From the IMG/VR virus record IMGVR_UViG_3300028920_001457, positions 13,444 through 77,443 of that record: a DNA stretch of 64,000 nt; one strand, given 5' to 3'. Below, one piece after another: positions 47,312 through 57,199 of the stretch (within the stretch, counting starts at the first letter, position 1; every line of letters starts with the position of its first letter). The position numbers and the translations under genes are program-made. The notes beneath the pieces are model-generated. The model worked only from the letters and a program-made list of their open reading frames with translations, was not told where the DNA came from and searched no databases. The DNA comes from a virus.

Positions 47312-47898
47312 GAGAGTACGAACTTGTCGCTACAAAAACCGGCTCGCACTACCTATTACTGGGGCTCGACAATTCAGAATTATGCGGGTTTCGCCTCCAG
47401 ATGTGGATTACCCACTACAACCCAAGAGCCGTGGACTGGGCACAAAAAATGGGACTCAATTTTTGTTCATTTCTTGGAGGCGATGTGTGGGTGCATAATG
47501 ATGAAACAGCAGACAGGTGTAATCTTTTTGGTGAGAAGCGGGATTGTATCATTGGCGTGGTGTCTAATGAACAGCCATTGACTATTAAGTTATATGATTC
47601 CTTGGGCGTTCATAGTGATGATTCATGGGAGGTCACTTCTATAACCATACCTGCCACATCCAACTATCCTGATGGCATGAGTTCAAGGATACCATTAGAG
47701 CAGTTTAAGAAGCGCAAGGGTGTTTGGGAGGCTAAGTTTCTGAGGAACATGAAAAGTACCGACAGCACATCAAGGGTTTTGGATGCTTTACGGGGGGAGC
47801 CGCTCAAGGGCTATGAGCTATATATGACATTAAAAAACACTAATACAGAACAGGTAAAGCTGTTTAAGGTAACAACAAATATGACAGTAGCACGATAA
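47308..47898 (+). CDS. probable C-terminal part of the tail stabilisation protein
   Basis: FCSFLGGDVWVHN...NLFGE...KGVWEAKFLRN...GEPLKG pattern. Confidence 0.7.
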   Translation: MREYELVATKTGSHYLLLGLDNSELCGFRLQMWITHYNPRAVDWAQKMGLNFCSFLGGDVWVHNDETADRCNLFGEKRDCIIGVVSNEQPLTIKLYDSLGVHSDDSWEVTSITIPATSNYPDGMSSRIPLEQFKKRKGVWEAKFLRNMKSTDSTSRVLDALRGEPLKGYELYMTLKNTNTEQVKLFKVTTNMTVAR

Positions 47899-47927
47899 TG
47901 ATTAACTTTGTAAATTAAAATATAACG

Positions 47928-48641
47928 ATGGCAGGTGAAAAAACAGGTATATTGAGTTCATTACTTGGCGGGTTGAGTCCATTGGGAGTAATAGCGGGTT
48001 TAGCGCCGAGTGTTTTGCAGGGCATCTTCAGTGGTATTGGGTTGGGAAGAACATCAGCACAATTCAATAGACAAAAAGCCAATCGTCCCGGATACGAAAT
48101 TCCTGAAGAACTCTATCAAAACTTAGAGGCCGCAAAACTATTGGGTGCACAGAAGGCACCTGGTTATGCATCACAGTTATCTGAGATACGACAGGCGAGT
48201 GCGAGGGAATATGGTAGGAGAGAGCGTGGTGCTATAAGTTCCAATGCCCTTATGGCAGGTGACATTTATCAAAAAGAACTTGATGCTATACAGGGACTTG
48301 CACGTATGAATGAAGAATGGGCGGCAAAACAAGCACAAAACATAAATTTGGCAAGGGGGGCTATTGGCGAACAGAAATTACAAAAACAGTCATGGGAGAG
48401 TCTTATTCCATGGCAGACAGAGATGAACAGACTTGGTGAACAGAAAGCGTCCTATATGCAGGGTTTGATGGGTGCGTTACAGGGACTTGGACAGAATGTC
48501 ACGGATTTGTATGGAACAAAGTCTTTCACGGATTTTTATAAGGGTTTGTATCCACAGGGCGGTGCGGGTGGCTCAGGTGACATTACGAAAAATTTTGCTG
48601 ACATATTGAGTTTGGCACAAAGATTTGGAAATTTTAGATAA
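47928..48641 (+). CDS. putative ejection/pilot protein
   Basis: Gly/Ala-rich hydrophobic ends, Gln-rich helical core. Confidence 0.65.
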   Translation: MAGEKTGILSSLLGGLSPLGVIAGLAPSVLQGIFSGIGLGRTSAQFNRQKANRPGYEIPEELYQNLEAAKLLGAQKAPGYASQLSEIRQASAREYGRRERGAISSNALMAGDIYQKELDAIQGLARMNEEWAAKQAQNINLARGAIGEQKLQKQSWESLIPWQTEMNRLGEQKASYMQGLMGALQGLGQNVTDLYGTKSFTDFYKGLYPQGGAGGSGDITKNFADILSLAQRFGNFR

Positions 48642-48642
48642 T

Positions 48643-49992
48643 ATGGCAGACACACCGATTTTATATACGGGAAAGGGCATATCAACACAGTTTCCACAGG
48701 ACACAGGACAGACAACGAAAAGACTGTCTGACTTTATTACCCGTGCCGAGAAGATACGGTATGATACTTTCCGTCAGAAAAAACAAGAATTTTTAGAAAA
48801 TCTGCAAGTAGAACCCGCCTTTTTTATATCCCAAGCGGCACAGGAGGCACAAGCTAAAACACTAAAAGAATATAATGATAAGTGGTCACAAAGATATAAA
48901 GAGTCGGGATATAATCTATCCCCAGATGAAGAAATGCAGATGATAGCAGATAAAAATTATCTTCAATTACAACAAAATGATCTATTGGCACATCAGGAAA
49001 GATGGATGGAACATGCGAAATTAGTGGAGGCTGACAGGCGCAATTATTATAACGGAAATGCTTTCTGGGAAAAAAACACAAATGATTTTTTTGATACAGG
49101 ACGATATGAGGCGACCCACATACCAATAAAACCTAAAGACTTTGCTGGTTTCTTACAAAAAGAAAGTGCGGCACGGGAGACAAAATACCCCATGGGAACA
49201 AAACGAATAGAGGGGAAAGATTGGCCTATTTATACTAATTTGATAGATGAAGGCTATGGTGAAAACGGGTTGGTGAATAATCCCAATGACGGTGTGTCTG
49301 AGCTTATAAGACAGAGTGCTTTTAAAGATGAACAAGCTACGTTGGGTATGTTAGAAGATTGGGCTGAACTTGATGATACAGAGAAAGCACGGTGGTTTGT
49401 TGATGAAGACAAAAGTGGTGATATAAGCAGGACAGAAAAAGAAAATGGTATTGTGCGTTGGGCAATAAACAATCCGCGCTATCGTGAACAGGCACGTATA
49501 GAGAGTAGTTATGCACCAAGGAATGTATCGCAACCAAAGACAGCCAAACGCACACCAATGGTTATTCATGGCAAACAAGTCACTGTATATCCCGCCAAAA
49601 AAAGAACAGAACCAATAAGGTATGTGGATGGTGAAAATAAGAGGACAGGACTTTATTCTTTTGGGGGTTCTACTGTACTGACTGACATTCCCACCGATGG
49701 TGCTATTCTATTAAGAGGGTCTGCGGGGGTTAAATTACGTGGTGGCGGTAATATAACTGGTCAGTTAGTGGATTATGATATTAACAATAACACACTAATA
49801 GTAAGGACGACAACTGGTATTCCTTCACAAAACATAGACCCCAAACAACTTGTGGAAATACCACTGGCTAATGTTTTGGATAGTGAGAACCTACCTATAT
49901 TAGATGAAAATGGAAGGGAAATAACGATAGCTGAACTAAGGGGGAAGGAAAAACCCGCCGAGAGAATGAGAAGATTGGCAGAAGGTAAATAA
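48643..49992 (+). CDS. putative internal virion/ejection protein
   Basis: lies between the pilot and the giant protein; probable start MADTP. Confidence 0.6.
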   Translation: MADTPILYTGKGISTQFPQDTGQTTKRLSDFITRAEKIRYDTFRQKKQEFLENLQVEPAFFISQAAQEAQAKTLKEYNDKWSQRYKESGYNLSPDEEMQMIADKNYLQLQQNDLLAHQERWMEHAKLVEADRRNYYNGNAFWEKNTNDFFDTGRYEATHIPIKPKDFAGFLQKESAARETKYPMGTKRIEGKDWPIYTNLIDEGYGENGLVNNPNDGVSELIRQSAFKDEQATLGMLEDWAELDDTEKARWFVDEDKSGDISRTEKENGIVRWAINNPRYREQARIESSYAPRNVSQPKTAKRTPMVIHGKQVTVYPAKKRTEPIRYVDGENKRTGLYSFGGSTVLTDIPTDGAILLRGSAGVKLRGGGNITGQLVDYDINNNTLIVRTTTGIPSQNIDPKQLVEIPLANVLDSENLPILDENGREITIAELRGKEKPAERMRRLAEGK

Positions 49993-49993
49993 C

Positions 49994-52900
49994 ATGGAAG
50001 ATAAAATTACTGAACTATATAATATTTTAAATGATTCCAAGGAATTTGGTGGCATATACAAAACCCCCGAAGAACTTCGCAATATACTTTCTGATGAAAC
50101 AAAAGTAGGTGAATTCTATAATATTTTAAATGATTCAGAAGAATTTGGTGGTATATTTCCTGATTTAGAAACATTCAAGAGTGCTTTCCCCGTAAAAAAA
50201 AAAGAACTTTCTTTCTTGGATATTGTTACGACTGCATCAGGCAAAGAACCACTTCCATTTTTAGGACAATCAAAAGCATCATCAAATCAACCACAACCAT
50301 CACCATTAACCGATAAGGGGTCTTATGGCGGTGATATTCTTGAGCGCATAGGGGCGGGTGCTATTGATATAGCAACATCAGCACCAAGTCAGTTAAGTTT
50401 TGCAAAGAGAATATTGGATATACCCAAGAAGATAGCTGTCAAGGAACTCGAAATGCTTGGACTATCCAAGGAAAATGCAGAAAAAGTATCTGGTTTCATT
50501 CCCTATCTCAAGCCACCCGCCATTAGTGCGGGGGTGAATATATCTAACGAAGCATGGAACGCCATAGCCAAAACCGATGAGTTTAAAAACTTGGAAGAAA
50601 AAGCCGTTGAACTCAGGGAATCTTCTGCCCGTTATGATAAGACTATAAAGAATTATATACAAAATAAAGAATATAACAAAGCTGTTGGTGCGGCTTTCCT
50701 GAATGCCGCCGAATCATTTCCCCTTACCCTTGCCGCTATGTTTGGTGGTGGCATCGGACTGGGTGCAATAGGTTCTTATTCTGCTTCCGCCCAATATGAT
50801 GAACTGTCATCTATTCCTGACATGACAGAGGCACAAAAAATAACAAACGCCCTTATTAATGGTGGGTTGGAGATAGCCACCGAAAGACTTGGTTCTGCTA
50901 ATTATGGTAGATTGATTAAAGACTTATACAAGTCTGTGGGTATGGAAATGGCAGAAGAATCTGTGAAAAAAGGGTTAAAGACATGGTTTATTAATCTTTT
51001 TAAGAAAGTAGGACTTTTCACCGCACCACTTGGCGAGGGCATGGAAGAAGCCATTAATCAATATGGAAGTAACATTACCGCAAGAATAACAGGTGAAGAC
51101 CCCGACAGACCATTGGATTATGGTGTTGTGGACAGTTGGGCGTCAGGTACGGCAGGTGGTACTACCTTTATTGCTATGGGACTGCCGGGGCAGTTACGAC
51201 AACAACAATACGAAAAACAACAGAAAGAAAAAGAAAAAGCCGAAACAAAGGCGAAGCCCAAAGAGGGTGTGCCAATAACTGATAAGGGGACTGCGACGGA
51301 AGAAATTGGTGAATTAAAAGTTCCCGAGGAAGTAAAAGAACAAAAAGAATCGGAATTAAGACTTGGTGATAAAGTATTTGAAACCAAAGAAGAATTATTC
51401 AAACATCTTGATGAAACCGCTATTACCGAAGAAGGGGAGATGACCTATGGTATTCCTAATCTTGGTGAGTACCCAAGCACGGCTACAATAAGGGCGGTAC
51501 AGGAGTGGACAGATAAGAAGAATAAAGAAATAGAACTTAAAACAAAGGAGGAAACAGAAGATGCCGAAAGAATTAGAGAGGAAGATAAAGAAGTCGTTGA
51601 AAAAGGCGCACCCGAACTGGTCGAACAAGAGGCTGACGAGCGTGGTGTTCGCGACCATGAACAAACTGGGGAAATTGCACCAGAAGAAGTAGATGAATTT
51701 AAAGAATTTGCCGATATTGTAAGGGAAAGCAAAACGGTTGACGAAGCCTTTGAAAAGACACAAGAAATCAAGAATGTTCCTGCTGAAATAAGTGAGGCAT
51801 TTAGGAATAAATATGACCCAAAAAAGAAATTGACTCCCAAACAGGCATTTGAGGTCTTTTATAATGAGATAAAGGCAAAAAAGAAGCCCGTTCAAAAACC
51901 AGAAGGGTTCACGAAACGTGAACGAGAAGAGAAGACCGAACAATCTGAAACAACACCACCAACCAAGGATATAATATCGGGCAAAGTTTCTGTGTATCAT
52001 GGAACAAGTGTCGATTTTACTGAATTTTCAGATAAAAATATAGGTAAAACTGATGAAGGATGGTGGGGGCGTGGTGTTTATTTTCATACCGACAAAAATC
52101 GTGGTGGATATGGTAATATTATAAAGGAAGTAAAACCCAATCTTAAAAACCCACTAATTATTCCTTTTGATAAAAACATAGTCTATGATTTATTGGTTGA
52201 CGAATTTAATTTACCAAAAGAACTGAAGGGAAAGTCAGATCAAGCGATAATAAAAGAAATAGGCACAGATAAATTTACCGAGGCATTAAAAAAGCGTGGT
52301 TATGATGGTGTAATTGTAGAGTATGCAGAGGGGACTAAGGAGGTTGTTGTTTTTAATCCTAATCAAGTAACAATCATTAACCAAAATATTAATAAACCCA
52401 CAGGGAAGCCAAAAGAAGCGATTTCCGAGGAGATACCCGAAAGTGAGGGTGAAGTACCACCCGTACCCCCAAAACCCGTTAAAACGCCTGAAAAACCTCC
52501 TAAAGGACAAAAGAGGGCTGGATTTGAGAAAAGAGAGACCGCTAAGGGTACTCGTGGCTCTATAGAGATGCGAAAAGATGAAATAGGGAAGATAGTTAAA
52601 CGCATAATAGATGATAACCCACATTTCTATGAGGCCACAACGAGAAAAGAGGAGATAGACAAGGCGAAGGATTTTATTTCTTCCTTTTCAAGTTTTGATA
52701 ATGCTTATAGTAATCTTGTAAAGAAAACAAAAAGTCTTGATGAGTTAACGGTACGCCATGTGGCACGTCAAGTTATGTTACAGAAGCTTGGTGAGGACTT
52801 GCGTGATTCCATGAAGGCGGGGGATGATGCATTGAGTGATGCTATATCTGACAAGATAGTAAATCTCACTGATATAACACAAAAAGAGATACGCAGGTCT

Positions 52901-55900
52901 GCAACCACCCTTTCCATGACCATGTGGGCATATCTCACACCCGAGGCTACTGTCTTTATGGTCAATAAGGTCATAAATGAAGCCAATAAAACCAAACTTG
53001 GATTTGAGGCAAAACAAGCAGAGGAATTTATTAATGAATGGGGTAAGGAAGCACCCGAATCTGTTAAGAGGCTTATAGAAGAAAATCCCGAATTGAGGGA
53101 TTTTATTAAGAAAGTAAGGGCGAAGATTGGCACAACAACCACCTCACGCAGGGTGACAAAAACCAAGGCAAAAGCCATGGCAGATAAGGTGCGCTCACTA
53201 AAGACAGATAATCTTGGTCTGACGTTTGCTGATCCGATAGGCGCCACAGTTGTATGGAATGGTGCATTAGAGGTTACGGCAAAGACTATAGAGACAACGG
53301 GTAATGTACTACAGGCTATTCAGGATGGTATCGCCGAAATAAAAAAATCCAAATGGTATAAGACATTAACCCGTCAACAACAAAAGGATATTGAGAAAAA
53401 ATATACCGATGATATAAGGGGAAAGGTTGATTTTGATGCCTCTGAATATATTGAGGGACAATCGTGGTACAAAGAGGCACAGAAAGAAGAAATAAAGGAG
53501 GGGAAAGAGACAAGGGAGAAAGAAGAGCAATTACGCAAAGAGAAAACAGAGGCGGACAGGAAGTTACGCGAACACATATATGATGTTATCACATCACATT
53601 GGCTTGTGGAAAAAACAAGTGATAAGACTTTAGTTGATAAGTTGGTGGAAGAAGTGGGGCTCACCAAAGGAGAGGCAGGGAGGATAGCCAAGATATCTGA
53701 AGAAGCGGTAAGGCGTGATTCACAAAAAGTGTTTGAAAGAACATTGGGACGTAAGATAATAAACACCCAAACCCGTAATGGTGCCTTCGATAAATTTTTC
53801 AATTTAATAAAAAGAGGTGTTCTTACTAATGAGAATTATTATGAGGTATTTGCTAAAAAACATAAGTTGCGTGAGGGTCTAACCGAAGATGAAAAGATAC
53901 AATTACAGAAACTTGCCATCAATGTACAGCAAATGACACCGTATGGTTATTTCGGTGATTTGGTATTTAATGAATTTCTGCAATATTTAGACAAAATTAC
54001 CAAGCAGGAATCATGGTTTGAGAGACAAGGGAAACTCATGGTAGCGGTTAATTATGCGGCCATACTTATGGGACTTACCACACATAAGGTGAATCTTTCT
54101 TCGGCAGGCATGAATCTTCTTATAAGACCTTTCTTCGGTGTGGCTAATCCTGTTAAGTGGGCTGATGAGGGTCTTAAATTATTGCAGGGCAAGACAAAAG
54201 AAGCACATTTGAATAATCCATTAGCAGCACTGACTTATGCTATGGAGGCATATAGACGTGGACTTATGATAGGGGTGACAAATGCGTGGAATATTATACG
54301 ACACGGGAATATCAAAGAGGCATCCAAATATATGGAGACCGTAAAGAATTTAAGCGGGGAAGAGATACCACCACTTGAAAAGAACACATTTGGTGTTGGC
54401 AAGAAATTCCGTCCATGGGGAATGTTTAGGTTTAAGTTGGGCAATAAAACATTTTTAAGTGATATCAACCCGTGGAATGCGTTTAAATATTCTGGTCGTA
54501 CGCTTCTTGGGGAAGATGCGACTATGTTCAATACCATATTTGCACTTGAGCTCGGCTTGGCTGCCAGACGTAAGGCTATTCTTGAAAATACCAAACTTTC
54601 GCCCAAGGAACTAAGAAAGAAAATACTTAATGAAATAGCAGGACTACACTTAACACCCGAACAGACAGAAGCGGTAGAAAAACAACTGGAAGAACAAGTA
54701 CAGATGTTACGGGCAACGGGGATAGAGCCCACGCCCACACAGATTAAGCAAAGACGATTCGAGATAACAAGGTCACTGCTTGATTTATCTGTGGAGGAAG
54801 AAGAAGAATTAACGGAGGTTAGCAGAGAGGAAATATTTACGGGTAAACAACGTGGCGGTATCTTTTCTGTTATAGGTGATGCACTTGGCAGATTCTTTGG
54901 CAAACATATCTTGATAAAGATGTTCACTATGCCTAAAATACCTTTTACTGGTGTGCTTGGGCGTATAGCCGACTATAGTGTGGATATGTATCCGGGATAT
55001 GGATTATTGAGGCAGAAGGGATGGTCTCCCACAGGTATTATAGCAAGGATGAGGCAGTGGAATAGGACTGGTAACTTCAAGGATTTCTGGACTGCACCCG
55101 CTAAATATGGTATGTTTAAGTCGGCACAGATGGGGGTTAAAGGCACACCGCTTGGTGAAAGACAGCTTGCAAGACATTATTTCGGATTATTTACCCTTGG
55201 AATAGTTGCTGCTGTATTTTTGAGAGATGATGACGATATACCAAAGGACGAGAATGGACATCCTATAATAGATATTACGGGCGGATTGTATTATAATACA
55301 TGGGATGAAAGAGAACATCATTATCTTGGGGCATATACGGCACGTATAGGGAGGTTTAAACTAAGGTATCTTAACTATCCTATAATTAATGTAGCCTTTG
55401 CTATAGTAGGCAACTATAAAGATGCTGTAAGGGCTGGTGAGGATGATGAGAATTTATGGGGTAGATTGGGTATATTAACGAATGCATGGTTCAGGTCATT
55501 TGCTCTTATTAAAGATACATGGCTTGCCAAAGGAATAAATGATTTAATAGAGCTTCTCGGTGGACTTATGAGTAGTGGGGATATAAGCCGTAAGCGTGTT
55601 AAGGCAGAGACAGGAGAGATTACCGATATTGTCGATATAGATGGTCGTGTACAACGACAATTAGAAAACATACGTGATGATTACACCAAACTACCGATAA
55701 CTTATGTAGACCCGCTAAAATCCAATCTTATACAACAGGCTATTAAATTTACCACACCAGAAAGTCGTCTCAAGGGAACTGGATTACAGTTATGGGCATA
55801 TAATGTCGGTCTGCAATGGTGGAATGATAAGAGGACAGATATATTCGGACAGACAGTTAAAACACTACCGGGCGATCAGGGTACGGCATGGCCACGTAAG

Positions 55901-56557
55901 ACAGATAAGCGTTGGGAGAAGATGTGGCAGTATAATATCCATGTACGTGATGTGTCTTCAAGAGATAGGATAACCATTAAGGGTGTGCCACAAACACTTG
56001 AATGGGAACAATACATAGAGAGAAAAGGTCTGACACAGAATTTATTCAGAGAAAGGTTTGATGAATATTTTGAAAAGACACCACAGGCAACAATAACACG
56101 TAGGGCTAATACTGAAATAGTAGAAGGTGAATACAAAACCAATAAGATAGACAAAGACATCAGGGATATATGGTCTGATACCAAAGCCGATGTACACAAG
56201 TATATGTTTACATGGGATAAATACCATGATAAATACGATAAGACACTTAAGTTTCTTATGGAAGAAGGGCTGATACCTGATTTTTATAAACCAGACATGA
56301 AAGACGACAACGGCGAGAAGATTATCTTTCCCTATGATAAGTTAGAAAAGCTAAATGATGATATAATGAAATTATTTCTACCCGAAGTAACATCTTTTCT
56401 TGATGGCTATTCTGAAAAACAGAAAGAAGCAATGATGAATTATGTTATTGATACTGAAACAGGGGAAACCCAGTTAGAAGAATGGATTAATCATTATTAT
56501 GATCAGGCGAGATCGGACGTAAGATATAATTTAGAGACGGAACTTATGGGTTGGTAA
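49994..56557 (+). CDS. large polyvalent/ejection protein with internal ADP-ribosyltransferase-like domain
   Basis: 2187 aa; VYHGT..DF.EF...G.GVYF...LKNPL...GYDGVI motif at about 51990-52380. Confidence 0.75.
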   Translation: MEDKITELYNILNDSKEFGGIYKTPEELRNILSDETKVGEFYNILNDSEEFGGIFPDLETFKSAFPVKKKELSFLDIVTTASGKEPLPFLGQSKASSNQPQPSPLTDKGSYGGDILERIGAGAIDIATSAPSQLSFAKRILDIPKKIAVKELEMLGLSKENAEKVSGFIPYLKPPAISAGVNISNEAWNAIAKTDEFKNLEEKAVELRESSARYDKTIKNYIQNKEYNKAVGAAFLNAAESFPLTLAAMFGGGIGLGAIGSYSASAQYDELSSIPDMTEAQKITNALINGGLEIATERLGSANYGRLIKDLYKSVGMEMAEESVKKGLKTWFINLFKKVGLFTAPLGEGMEEAINQYGSNITARITGEDPDRPLDYGVVDSWASGTAGGTTFIAMGLPGQLRQQQYEKQQKEKEKAETKAKPKEGVPITDKGTATEEIGELKVPEEVKEQKESELRLGDKVFETKEELFKHLDETAITEEGEMTYGIPNLGEYPSTATIRAVQEWTDKKNKEIELKTKEETEDAERIREEDKEVVEKGAPELVEQEADERGVRDHEQTGEIAPEEVDEFKEFADIVRESKTVDEAFEKTQEIKNVPAEISEAFRNKYDPKKKLTPKQAFEVFYNEIKAKKKPVQKPEGFTKREREEKTEQSETTPPTKDIISGKVSVYHGTSVDFTEFSDKNIGKTDEGWWGRGVYFHTDKNRGGYGNIIKEVKPNLKNPLIIPFDKNIVYDLLVDEFNLPKELKGKSDQAIIKEIGTDKFTEALKKRGYDGVIVEYAEGTKEVVVFNPNQVTIINQNINKPTGKPKEAISEEIPESEGEVPPVPPKPVKTPEKPPKGQKRAGFEKRETAKGTRGSIEMRKDEIGKIVKRIIDDNPHFYEATTRKEEIDKAKDFISSFSSFDNAYSNLVKKTKSLDELTVRHVARQVMLQKLGEDLRDSMKAGDDALSDAISDKIVNLTDITQKEIRRSATTLSMTMWAYLTPEATVFMVNKVINEANKTKLGFEAKQAEEFINEWGKEAPESVKRLIEENPELRDFIKKVRAKIGTTTTSRRVTKTKAKAMADKVRSLKTDNLGLTFADPIGATVVWNGALEVTAKTIETTGNVLQAIQDGIAEIKKSKWYKTLTRQQQKDIEKKYTDDIRGKVDFDASEYIEGQSWYKEAQKEEIKEGKETREKEEQLRKEKTEADRKLREHIYDVITSHWLVEKTSDKTLVDKLVEEVGLTKGEAGRIAKISEEAVRRDSQKVFERTLGRKIINTQTRNGAFDKFFNLIKRGVLTNENYYEVFAKKHKLREGLTEDEKIQLQKLAINVQQMTPYGYFGDLVFNEFLQYLDKITKQESWFERQGKLMVAVNYAAILMGLTTHKVNLSSAGMNLLIRPFFGVANPVKWADEGLKLLQGKTKEAHLNNPLAALTYAMEAYRRGLMIGVTNAWNIIRHGNIKEASKYMETVKNLSGEEIPPLEKNTFGVGKKFRPWGMFRFKLGNKTFLSDINPWNAFKYSGRTLLGEDATMFNTIFALELGLAARRKAILENTKLSPKELRKKILNEIAGLHLTPEQTEAVEKQLEEQVQMLRATGIEPTPTQIKQRRFEITRSLLDLSVEEEEELTEVSREEIFTGKQRGGIFSVIGDALGRFFGKHILIKMFTMPKIPFTGVLGRIADYSVDMYPGYGLLRQKGWSPTGIIARMRQWNRTGNFKDFWTAPAKYGMFKSAQMGVKGTPLGERQLARHYFGLFTLGIVAAVFLRDDDDIPKDENGHPIIDITGGLYYNTWDEREHHYLGAYTARIGRFKLRYLNYPIINVAFAIVGNYKDAVRAGEDDENLWGRLGILTNAWFRSFALIKDTWLAKGINDLIELLGGLMSSGDISRKRVKAETGEITDIVDIDGRVQRQLENIRDDYTKLPITYVDPLKSNLIQQAIKFTTPESRLKGTGLQLWAYNVGLQWWNDKRTDIFGQTVKTLPGDQGTAWPRKTDKRWEKMWQYNIHVRDVSSRDRITIKGVPQTLEWEQYIERKGLTQNLFRERFDEYFEKTPQATITRRANTEIVEGEYKTNKIDKDIRDIWSDTKADVHKYMFTWDKYHDKYDKTLKFLMEEGLIPDFYKPDMKDDNGEKIIFPYDKLEKLNDDIMKLFLPEVTSFLDGYSEKQKEAMMNYVIDTETGETQLEEWINHYYDQARSDVRYNLETELMGW

Positions 56558-56598
56558 TAATTAATTAACTTTGCAGTAATTTTAAAAACTATATAAAA

Positions 56599-57180
56599 AT
56601 GGCACAGAAAAGTTTTCAGTTTGCCGATGGTAATATGACCGTGATAGACGGTAACGGATGGGTGGAAACACATTCCGCAGATTATCGGGCAAGGGTGATA
56701 ACACCGGGGGCGAGTAAATATGAGATAGTTATCTTCCCCATAAATTATGATCCCGAACAACCCGAGAGTTTCAAGGCATACTTCTTAAAAAGCTATGCTG
56801 ATGCGTCATTAAGCATTGACGGTGCTTCGGCATCTTTCTCCACAAGTGATGAGTTTGTGGCGTTGTTTAATGCTGCCGCGGGGACGAACATAGGATACAA
56901 CACCCAATATCCACAACACATCATATCGGATTTAATATCACCCGATACGTCTATTGCCACACAACTTGTGACGGCGGAGAAAGCGGGTTATCTTACTATC
57001 CTTGCACCATCGACCAATACGGGATGGGTTCATGTGGGTGACGAAGATGTGGACTGGACAGACGGTTATCTTGAGGCAGGCGACAAGGTGTTTATGGAAC
57101 TCGATGACCTTAGCAAAATCTACGTCTATGCAAATACGGCGGGTGATGATGTGAGTATCATCGGCGCTTTCAAATGGTAA
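56599..57180 (+). CDS. putative structural protein
   Basis: APSTNTGWVHVG...LEAGD...DDLSKIYV pattern. Confidence 0.65.
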   Translation: MAQKSFQFADGNMTVIDGNGWVETHSADYRARVITPGASKYEIVIFPINYDPEQPESFKAYFLKSYADASLSIDGASASFSTSDEFVALFNAAAGTNIGYNTQYPQHIISDLISPDTSIATQLVTAEKAGYLTILAPSTNTGWVHVGDEDVDWTDGYLEAGDKVFMELDDLSKIYVYANTAGDDVSIIGAFKW

Positions 57181-57199
57181 TTCCCCTAAAGATTAGACT

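Noticed and set aside
50194-50203. A10 run as a programmed frameshift site
   Set aside because: The ORF continues in frame and I see no clear stimulatory structure.
27357-56760. Many antisense ORFs within structural genes
   Set aside because: They are typical antisense shadows with no motifs or initiation context.
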